A stretch of 64,000 nt of DNA. Source: Octopus vulgaris. Lineage: Eukaryota. Shown here in pieces: positions 51,746 to 64,000 of this stretch. A program made the position numbers and the translations under genes. A model generated the notes under the pieces. That model searched no databases. It worked only from the letters and a program-made list of their open reading frames with translations, and was not told the origin of the DNA. The stretch lies in NCBI GenBank assembly GCA_951406725.2, contig OX597817.1, positions 3,844,001 through 3,908,000 on the forward strand, given 5' to 3'. How positions within the stretch are numbered: the first letter of the stretch is position 1; every line of letters starts with the position of its first letter.

Positions 51746-53057
51746 CAAACATATATGCACACACACATATGAGTGCTTAACAAAAGCCCCAAAAAATAGT
51801 ATGTAGAAACAAATATGAGTTTATCACTGAGAAATTCATCTCATAATCGTAGTTTTAAGTTCTATCGATACTCAGACGTTTATGTTTGTTTCCCATTTTA
51901 GAACGAAACTAATTCAATTTCATTGAGTTTTATAGCCTTACAACTTACCACGTAGTTGATGTTTATATTTGTAAATTGCCTTAAAATATATATTCTAATA
52001 TTTTAAAAGTCGTTCCAAATTTATATCACCGCCTCGATAGTTGAATATACTCCGTTATATGTATTGAGTTGTTTTTATCCTACGTTTGTACATCCTAACA
52101 CACATCTGTAAATATATATATGTGTGTGTGTGTGTTCATATTTGCAAGTGTTTCTGAATATAGGCTCTATCATGTAGGTTTTCATAATTTCTTTGAACAG
52201 TCGTTATATAAGACAGGGATTTGTAAGGATTTAAACCGATTCTCTGCGTGTCGTGAGTTATTCTAAATCGATTAAAAGAGGTCTAATGTCGTTTCCTGAT
52301 TTCATGTACTTTACTTAGTATTTATATCAAGACTGTTGATTTATTATATGCTTAAGTATGCCGAATGTTGCCGCTATGAAATCCTATCTGTTTAGTGCAG
52401 AACATGTATTATTCAAATGTAAGATGTTCTCGTACATTTCCAGAATAAAATATTTCGCACAAAGCATTGCAAGTCATATGTACAGTTAGAATCTGGTCTA
52501 TAGGCGATGATCGTGCTTATTCGATAGTCATCCAGCTTATTTGTTTGTGGGTTTGATATTCTTTCAGTTATTACTGTTTCTCTTAATAATATATTTGAAA
52601 ATTTTAATCCGTTAAAACGCCTTCCTAAAAGTTGCTGACTAAACAAATATTAATGACGAAGATCACACGATTTGTCTAACATTATTATCTACGCTGTATA
52701 TTGCTCCTTATAATCATCGACAAAGGAATACCACAGAGCGAATAGAGCACAACAGCTAACAGTTGTTTTGAGTATTCGTTAACAGGTGTATATTCAACGC
52801 AAATTTGAAAACCCATACCACAACTTGCATTTAATGGTGTTATTTCAAATTTGGATCTTTTGAGTTTTGTTTGATTTAAGAGTGCCGCTTCAATATTCAA
52901 TGTATATAATGTAATATAAATTTGATAGTACATTTGATAAGCTTTTTGTGAAAATTATTTCATGCAAAAAAGGTCTGCAGAAGTGTTCACCTGGTACTTA
53001 TTGAGGGCTGGATTCATGAAATCAACAGTAAAAGAAGTGGCTTATTCGAAGAAAAGC

Positions 53058-54840
<1,783 letters not shown>

Positions 54841-55466
54841 TCCTTTTATTTCTCTTTTGCAAATACACCCTTTATTCTTTTTATCGGCTCCCCTTGATTT
54901 CCACGTTCTTTGTCTCTCCGCTTCTTCGTGATTATCGCACTGACCACAGGTATTAAATAGCTGCCACCGTTTAGTTTGCATCTGGAAAATATTGTTTCTT
55001 TAATTTCAAATTTGTTAGTATTTTCTGCTTGTGTTTGCATTGGATAATATACGACCGTCTTGTTTACAATCTTCATGCGTTTTGTCTTGATTTTCGTGCC
55101 TGTATTTTGGGTCCGTCCACTTCATTTACAATCTGTAGGCAATTGTAGCTCCACAAATGTTTTCAGTCGTAAGACTAGTCCTCGTTTTCTTTCGTTAGAA
55201 CGTTGCGCTTTCAGGATAAACAATAAGAGTCGAAAACCTAATGTCTCTGGTTAAAATGTTGGTTGATCAAATAGCCGTGTCTGGTCATTGTACCTTTCGT
55301 TGATTGTCGTACGTACTTTTCACCATTAATTTGGTGTTTCATTTGCAATGTACACCGTCATGTTCGTCATCGTAACTGTCGCTTAGACTATAACTTTCTC
55401 TATTGATATATATATACTCACATAAATATATATACACCTATATATAGGCAGGAAAATATACATTCA

Positions 55467-55528
<62 letters not shown>

Positions 55529-55547
55529 TATATGTATATATATATAT

Positions 55548-57101
55548 AAACTTAGATAAACTTAGATATGTTTCGACCAATGATTGGTCCGGGCCATGTC
55601 TAACTTAATAGCACCACCTGATAGGATTATTCGAATCTTGTTTAAGTCAAGTTTTGTTTATGGTCCATTCAAGTAGTGAGTTCTTGTTGGGTGAGTTGTA
55701 TCCAATTATGGGTGGCTTATCTGGTATTCCTTGAAGGAATCTATCTAGACTCCGTTTAAAGTTGATGGGATCTTGTTCCTCTTTGATCTCTTTCGGGACA
55801 ATGTTAAATAGGGCAGGGCCTGTTGAGGAAAAGAAATTATGTTGTAGTGTACATGTATGCTGTGATCCTGAATTGGGCGGGGGACGTATGGCCCGTGGTC
55901 CCAGTCTTGGATGAACCTTGAAGCTAATGTTCAGGTCGTTTGGGCAAAGTTGGCGGTATATTCTCCACATCGTACAAACGATGTACCGCTCACGGCGACG
56001 CTGGAGAGAGTATAGTTTCAAGGCATTAAGGCGATCCCAATAATCGAGAGCAGTCATGCCTTCAGTTCGTTTAGTGAGTGCTCTCTGGGGTGATTCAATC
56101 CTCGAGATATTTTGTCTTGTATGGCGACGCTGGAGGGAGTAAAGTTTCAAGGCTTTAAGGCGATCCCAATATTTCAATTTGTTTAGTGAGAGCCCTCTGG
56201 GGTGACTCAATTCTGGAGATGTTTTGTCTTGTGTGAGGAGACCACAGTGGGCAGCAGTATTCGAGGTGTGGCCGTACAAAGGAGGAGAAAAGTGGTATGA
56301 TGACACCTTGTTCTCTGGACCGGAAAGTTCTTAAGATCCAGGAACTCATCCTACGAGCTATATCGACCTTCTTGTTGATGTGTGCACTCCAACTGAGATC
56401 GTCATCAACAATTACACCCAGGTCTCTGATATTGTTAGAGGCTGTGAGCGGTTCCCCTGAAGGAAGAGAGTATGGCTGTTTTAGTGAGGAATTTCTTCCA
56501 AAATGCATCAGCTCAAATTTTACTTCGTTCAGTTGCATTTTGTTTCTGTCTGCCCATTGACACACAGCATATAGATCAGACTGGAGTTGAGTTCGGTCTG
56601 CTTCTTCATTGACGATTTGCTGGAGCTTAGTGTCATCAGCAAATATTTTCACTTTGCAGTAATGTACGACACTGGAAAGGTTGTATATGTAGATTATGAA
56701 GAGTAGCGGACCCAAGACAGTCCCCTGGGGGATACCGCTGGTGACTTTTGCTGGGCTTGAGTGGACTCCATCAACTACAACATGTTGTGTTCTATTCGCC
56801 AGGAAATACTTGATCCAGTGTAGAACTTTTCCACGTATTCCAACGTTTGCCAATTTTGAGAGTAGGATGTTATGGTCTACCCTGTCGAACGCTTTACTGA
56901 AGTCAAGGTATATGACATCAGAGTTCGAACCTGTTCCCAAGGCTTTGAGTACACATTCAATGTGGTGTAAGAGCTGTGTTAGACAGTCCCTGTCACAGCG
57001 AAAGCCATGCTGATTTGCATTTAGGAGTTTGTGGGTCTCCAGGAAGTCAGCTATCCTTGATCTTTACACTCTTTCAAACACTTTGATGATGTGGGAGGTG
57101 A
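55548..57101 (-). mobile_element. 5'-truncated CR1/L2-group LINE (RT C-terminal half) with a 3' stem-loop and a short (TATCTAAGTT)n tail
   Basis: NQHGF, YLDFSKAFDRV, GIPQGTVLGP, FADDTK, VRPHLEYC, YSLQRRRER and FKRSLDRFL. The 3' hairpin is GACCAAT-C-ATTGGTC. Confidence 0.88.
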
Positions 57102-57107
57102 GTATGT

Positions 57108-57775
57108 ATATAAGCAATAATTCTAATTAGGGTTCAGCAAAAATTGCTTCACCACGTACCGACATTTAGAAATAGCTGTTAAAATACTATTCCACTACCA
57201 TACGATAACTCCCAGACAGCAAAATTCTACAACTCACGCAAGTAAAGAGAAAAAATAACGAATCCACCCGACTTTGATTAACTATATACAGGTGATTGAG
57301 AGGAATGCGAGATCTCATTCGTCTGTTTGATTTCGGAAATACTGGTTTTTGGATATATGCTACTCGATGGCGCTTGGTCGAGTATGTATGTTAATTATCA
57401 GGGCTCTCAAATTTAAGATTGAAATACTATACTGAAGACGGGAGTAAGTGAGTAGAAATATGATTTTACATCTTTTTACATCTCTTTATCCCAGAAATGC
57501 GTATATAGTTAATCAAAACCGGGTGAATTCGTTATTTTTTCTCTTTACCTGCTTGAATTGTAGAGTATTTCTGTCTGGGAGATATCTTATGGTACTGCAA
57601 TAGTATTTTAACTGCTATTTCTAAATTTCGGTATGTGGTGAAGCAATTTTTGCTCAACCCTCATTATAATTATGGTTATAATTATAGAATTTTTGTATAA
57701 GGTTACCGAGAATGGTTCTTTCAACATACCAAACTACTTGGTAAAATGATTAATTAATTTTACCCTTTATTGTTA
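57108..57775. mobile_element. Inverted-repeat element (arms about 57108-57289 and 57501-57682) with a central hammerhead and a 3' tail
   Basis: The arms are diverged reverse complements, e.g. AGCAAAAATTGCTTCACCAC / GTGGTGAAGCAATTTTTGCT. Confidence 0.8.
57427..57508 (+). ncRNA. Type I hammerhead ribozyme with a long loop II
   Basis: Stem I CTATA/TATAG; CTGAAGA; stem II GGGA/TCCC; GAAA; stem III ATGCGT (near-palindrome of ACGCGT); GUA triplet. Confidence 0.7.
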
Positions 57776-57788
57776 TTGATAATATATA

Positions 57789-58182
57789 TCTTTATATATA
57801 AAAGTAAGGTTGTGTGTCTGTCTCCTACGATTTAGATTCCTAACTACTCCCACATTTTGCGGTGCAGTTTAACCAAAACCGGGTATCTTATAGTCGTGAT
57901 TCATATCGAGCCCTTCTGAGTATTAGCGCGCGTCTACGATGAGTCTACGATTTAAAAAAAAAATTACCATCATTTTTTTCCATTCTAATGCATTTTTTCG
58001 CTATTATATAAGGGAAGTAACTCTCTAAAAATGTCTACTATGAGTCAACGATTAAAAAAAAAATTACCATAATTTTTTTTCCATTTTTAATGCATTTTTT
58101 GCTATTTTTTGGCTATAACTCTCTAAAAATGCTTATAGTTATTTCCCTTACAAACCCGAGCAACGCCGGGCGATACTGCTAG
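57789..58182 (+). mobile_element. Non-autonomous Helitron
   Basis: A|TC start; subterminal hairpin CCCGAGCAACGCCGGG (58155-58170); CTAG|T end; no TSD; internal tandem duplication of about 100 bp. Confidence 0.85.
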
Positions 58183-58459
58183 TATATATATATATATGAT
58201 TACTTATGCAATTTCTTTTAATAAATATATAGATGATTTTTGAGGTTTCATTGTTTACGGAGTTTACATACTGCAGCAAATACTTTGCCTCTGTTGTTTC
58301 TATAACTGGTTGATGGTCGGTGTGCGTGGGATTTACACGAAATAAGAAGTGTCAATTTCAGGATTAGAAGTAATTTGGGTTTTGGTACATACGATTAACA
58401 ATAGTTTATTTATATTAAAAAAAAGGTGTACGAAATACATGAATCGATATGCGTCAAGT

Positions 58460-58910
58460 GGAAAGAAGAAGAAAGATGAAGACTGAGAAGAAAAATAAGC
58501 AGCAGGAGCAGCAGCAGCAGCAGCAGAAAAAGAAGGAAGAGGAGGAAGAGAAGAATAAGGTAAAAGAAGATGAAGAAAAGGAAGAAGAAGAAAAGGAAGA
58601 AGAAGAAAAAGAAGATGAAGAAAGAGGAGAAGAAATAGGTGATGCTGATAATGATGAAGAAGGAGAAAATGAGTTGAAGGAGAAAAGAAAGAAATAAAGA
58701 GGAAAGAAAAAACGAAGAAAAGATGTAGGAAAGAACAAGAAAACGAAGAAGAGAAGCAAAATGGACATGATGAAAATGAAGTAGATGAGGAAGAAGACGG
58801 AAACAATAATGAAGAAGAAAACGAAGAAGGAAATGAAGAAAAAGAAAGAGGAGGTGGGTAGAGGCTGGAATTGGAGGGGAAGGAGAAAAGGAGAAGAAGA
58901 AAAAGAAGAT
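58460..58910. repeat. Degenerate (GAA)n purine tract
   Basis: Seen directly. Confidence 0.9.
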
Positions 58911-59121
58911 TACATTCGTAAATTATATTTCTAAATTAATATCAATATATGTCGGATTGGCTGTGAAAGGTCAATTCATAGTAAGATTATCGATAATATC
59001 AAGGACCCGATTGGAGAAAGAAATAATCGGTGTTAGCGAATTTCAACAATACCGGCCAAAGACTGGAGTTATGTCAATAAAGTTATTAGTAAAACTTTAC
59101 TCTCTCTCTCCCTCTTTAATC

Positions 59122-59153
<32 letters not shown>

Positions 59154-59172
59154 GTATATATACATATATACA

Positions 59173-59221
<49 letters not shown>

Positions 59222-59229
59222 ATATAATA

Positions 59230-59275
<46 letters not shown>

Positions 59276-60057
59276 ATATGTATACATGTGCATACATATG
59301 TGTGTGTGTGGTCCATACTTATATATCCATATATATAAATAGATAGGTAGATACACAATACATACATGCGTATATATATCTGTATGTATAGTTAAATATA
59401 AACTTATCTAGGCACATATGTATTTATACATATACATTCATATTTACATATGTACATATATACAAACATTTATGCGTATATATTTGTATATGTTTTATAT
59501 AATTATATATATATATATGCATTTATGCACCCGCTTAGACACACACATACACATACATACACACGCACGCATACACACACACTCACATGCTCACACACAC
59601 ACACACTCTCATACATAAACATGTATGTGTGTAGGTGTATTTGTCTAAGGATGTACTTCAAATATATTTTCATTGCAAGATATCTCAACGTATTCATCTA
59701 AAAAATTGACATAATTATTCAAGAGATAATTAGAAACGAGTTACGGAGGAAGTTTCATGCATTCATCATTACATAATTCCAGATGAATTTATCATTGTCT
59801 ACTGGAGAAATTACTTCTCACATAGTATAAATTTTCAGAGATCGTGAGATTTAAGATGTCTGAAATAGATTAATAGTGATTCTTACTGACGAAATTAGGA
59901 AAAAGCTAATGAATGATACAGAAATAGAGTGAAAATTTCCATTGGTATTTGCTAAATTAAGATACTATCATTATGTCATTTTGTAAATGTATCTATATAT
60001 ATATATGTAATCAATCTCATCTATGTATTCACATCTATCTGCTTGTTTGCCTGTCTG

Positions 60058-60134
<77 letters not shown>

Positions 60135-60258
60135 TTATCTATCTATCTACCTATATATTTCTGTATCTATTTCTCAATCTGGCATCTTCACTCTTTCACT
60201 ACTTGCACTCATATCCATGTATAAACACATCAATGTACGTATCTATCTACGTATATAT

Positions 60259-60756
60259 TCCAGTTGGAAACAAAGTAAGGCATCTTTTGTCTTAATGACT
60301 CCTACAAAGTCACAAGCACATGTTCACAAATGTACACTAGTCTTCAGATAATTAGACTTATTCGTGATAGTATTGCTAATTTTGGGAAAGTGACAAAAGA
60401 GAGGAAGCGAGAGACTAGAAAAGGAAGTTAAAGAGAAGCCAAGGGCAGAGATTAGAAGAGACAAATATGGGAAAAGACAAAACGAAAAGTTTCACAGCAG
60501 TTTCATACTGTTTTTTTTAAATATGTTTTTCGTTTTGTCTCTTCCCACATCTGTCTCTTCTAATATCTGCCCTTGGCTTCTCTTTATCTTCCCTTTCTAG
60601 TCTCTTGCTTCCTTTCGTTTGTCACTTTCCCAAACTTAGCAATACTATCACAAATAAGTCTAATTGTCTGAAGACTAGCGTACATTTGTGAACATGTGCT
60701 TGTGACTGTGTAGGAGTCATTGAGACAAAAGATGCCTTACTTTGTTTCCAGCTGGA
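60259..60756. repeat. Long inverted repeat (arms of about 230 bp at 60259-60488 and 60527-60756)
   Basis: The arms are near reverse complements, e.g. GGAAACAAAGTAAGGCATCTTTTGTC / GACAAAAGATGCCTTACTTTGTTTCC. Confidence 0.9.
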
Positions 60757-60849
60757 CAAAATGCATAAAAACATTATGGAATTCAAAATATGTATAAATG
60801 AAATAAAAATGAGCTAAATATGGCCAGTGACGTGTATTTGAATATGAAC

Positions 60850-61700
60850 AATAAGTAAAAATGCATTTTTTCTGATGTGCACATGAATTTAGCAACATTT
60901 TCAATGTGTCGAAATCTGGTGTTATGGTCCTTAAGTACATTCATCAAGAGTTTGCAACAATGCTGTTTTTGAAAGGAACACGTATCTCAGGTGTGCGATC
61001 ACATGCTCAACAGTGTAAAAATCAAACAGTATGAAACACCTGCGGAAATTCTTCTAACTTGTCTCAACTACCAAGACGTGCTCAAATCAAAAGTCTGTAA
61101 TAAGAAAAATTCTCTGCTAGAAATATGTATTGATAAAACTAACATATAAGAAAATGAGAAAATGTTACTGATTATATCACTCCTTACCAAAGGAACTTAA
61201 AAACTAACATACCTGAGACGTGCATAATAAACATGACTTAAAATTGCGCCCTCTAAGCCTGTAACTGTAGACATCCACTCCATCTCCTCATGCCATAAAC
61301 TTTAAGTGTGACTTCATTAACCAAGCTGACGATAAATGTTGTATCGGTTACATATCGAACCCATTCAAATGTGCCATGAAATGTGCAAATATCTATTTGC
61401 TAACAATAAATAAATAAATTAAAGTAAATAAATAAGATAAATATAAGCTATTTATTCCAAAACACTGACAATATGTATGAAATTTTAGCTGGTGTACTGA
61501 TTTAAAATTGCAACGATGTATAATAGCCATAGCACAAACATATACATATAAAAAAACTGATTGCAAGTTTTGCATGCTTGAAGATCCTAAAATAACTAAA
61601 GCAGATAATAAATTACTAATAAATTACGTACAACGAAACTTTATGTCATGCAGTCATAAGGCTTACAGAACATTCAAATTGGACAAAACACATAGTAGTT
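60850..61700 (+). pseudogene. Possible decayed PLE C-terminal relic
   Basis: CKFCMLE..KLLIN..MSCSHK resembles the CxxCLxE..LLNK..H terminus seen near 4050. Confidence 0.35.
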
Positions 61701-63564
61701 GGAACTAATTTCAGAACAAATAAAATGCACGAAGATTATATACATGAATCAAAACTGATTAGCTTTAATGTTGAACTTACAGAGTCCGTTGCATAAAACG
61801 ATCACAAGGTACACAATTGTATTAACGTAAATAAAGTTAGCCATATATGCACCAATGTATTCGTATATGATCAGATTATCCGTGAATATGAATAGTAACT
61901 ATCGGTTGATTCGCTAGCCACGAAATACAAATAGTATAGTGTAGGATTTTCATGCTGGTGATTTGAAATCTGGCAGTCCTCATTATCTCTACCCGTTAAC
62001 ACAGACATACAGGAGAAGCAGATATTTTCTCCCTGTACCAGTTTCGCTCAGTAATAAAGTAAATTCGTTGACTCGTTTATCACGGTAGTGATGATCTATG
62101 TAAACATATAAACTGCCCGATATTCATTATGAATCTTAAATGTTATTTAGGTTTGTTAAACTATCTCTGAAGATTTACATTGTAATCTGTTAATAATTAT
62201 TTGTGTTGTATAACGGAGATTAATGTTCATAAACACGGTGTTGTTGGCAAAACTAAGTTTTTTTATGAACAAACTCTTCAAGTTTGTTTTTTTCTATATA
62301 TAATTTTTGATATTTCTAACCATGGAAACATGTGAAGTATACTTGAACTACTACAATACGAGTTATGGATGCGCATGGTTTTTTAAATATATATCATGCA
62401 ATTTTAATTTAAAATGAACAGAATGAAACAAAGTCTGATGACAGAAAAAGAAGAAAAAGGGTTATTTTAATCGAACAAAACATCTGTTCTGACTTATGCA
62501 ACACCAGAGCAAAATCATAACTTTTCACCATCCAAATCAGCTGCTATATGAATATGCTGTGATACTTGGTTCAATCTCTGAACTTATAATTGTATAATTC
62601 ATTCTTTAGAATTCCAGTATTCTCAATAAAGAATATATGTTAAATTATCGTTAGTATTGATTTGCATGGGATGTGTTGAAAGAACAGGATACCTACGTTA
62701 ATGAAACGCTGTCCTATTATATGTAAGTGAAAGCATTAGATTGACATGCACATTTCGCATGGAAATTAATGCTCATCAGAAAGGCTTATAAACATTATGG
62801 CTGCTGAAGCTGAACTTTACTTCGTCAGCATTTATAGAATTTCACGTAAGAATCAGTCGTTGATTCAGCAAGATGGTACTGAGTAAACTATAAAATAATT
62901 AAGGTGGCTAGACCCAATTCAAAACCACAAGAATAAATAATTACACGAAAAGTGACGAGGGTTACAGGGAGCATCAGCATTGCTAGAAGTAAGAGTCAAA
63001 AAGACTTTAGTCACAAAAGCACACGTTCCATTTGCTGACAAGGGATATATATATGTACGTGTGTATATATATATATATAAGTATATATATATATTTTTTA
63101 ACCTTTTAAAACAAGCCTTCTGTAGTTTTTTCACTTTTTACTATTTTCTATATATATATATTATATTAAATTAGAGATAAAAACACTATTAGGCAAATCA
63201 AACAGTGAAAATCATAAGCCAATACATAGAAATAAAATTAATTAAAAAAATATAAAATATAAATTATAAAAAATATAAAATCCCAATTTAAAATATTTAA
63301 ATTAAAGTTAAAATTTAAAAAAATTATTTAAATAATTTAAACTTATAAAACTTATAAATTTTAAATATATATATATCTATAAAATAATATGTTACATTTA
63401 CTCAGAGTTTTATCTTGACTATTGAGTAAATGTAACATTATTTTATAGATAAATTTCCTCTTTTACATAATATTGAGGTCTCTTTCTTTTGTTATCTTAC
63501 CGTTTTTACCAATATATATACATATATATATATATATATTTTATTATTATTATTTTATTTTATT

Positions 63565-63628
<64 letters not shown>

Positions 63629-63944
63629 CCACGTGCTTTCACAAACCAACTTTCTTATCTATATATATATATATATATATTACGGATATATATATATATA
63701 TATATATCTGATATATATATATGTTTATATATATATGCACATACGTATTTATTGACAATGAATATTTAAAATCTCATTCTTAAAATGAGTTTAGTTTGTC
63801 CATATATATGTGTATGTATGTGTGCAAGCGGGCGTGTATATTTGTGTGAATTTGTATGTATGCGTCTCTGCATGAGTCATCCGCTTTTGAATTGACGTAA
63901 GATGCTTTTGTGATATACCTTTGCTTTTTGAATTACCAGTATAA

Positions 63945-64000
63945 GCGTAGGAGTGGTGTAGGAGTGACGTAAGAGTGGTTGTGTGGTAAGTAACTTGCTT
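63945..64000 (+). mobile_element. Start of a tRNA-derived SINE, truncated by the window end
   Basis: GTGGTTGTGTGGTAAGTAACTTGCTT resembles the head at about 14730-14757. Confidence 0.6.

Noticed and set aside
62797-62850. Possible first coding exon MAAEAELYFVSIYRIS with a GTAAG donor
   Set aside because: It is too short, has no recognisable homology and is expected by chance.

Overview
This is AT-rich, microsatellite-saturated eukaryotic DNA in which I can support no host gene exon. The SINE, LINE and microsatellite content resembles a cephalopod (Octopus-like) genome; that assignment is inference. Nearly all long ORFs are transposon-derived. They include a near-intact CR1-group LINE (ORF1 34682-36142; APE-RT ORF2 about 36139-39092), a 5'-truncated L1/Tx1-type LINE inside a (TATC)n array (40262-43740), a CR1-like RT fragment (55548-57101, minus), R4/Dong-like RLE elements in (TAA)n, several decayed Penelope-like elements (PLEs), mariner and Tc1 relics, Helitron-like elements and many tRNA-derived SINEs. 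The main hidden signal is RNA structure: about a dozen type I hammerhead ribozyme (HHR) motifs, several degenerate, in roughly nine sequence-unrelated contexts. Most have the minimal palindromic stem III typical of PLE hammerheads. They occur in PLE terminal repeats and in short non-coding inverted-repeat elements. One element (46391-47131) combines a tRNA-derived Pol III head, an (AAT)n spacer and an HHR tail, and sits in a mariner gene with a 12-bp target-site duplication; it is a candidate PLE-mobilised, ribozyme-bearing SINE or retrozyme family. All structures were read by eye; no folding, alignment or database search was run.
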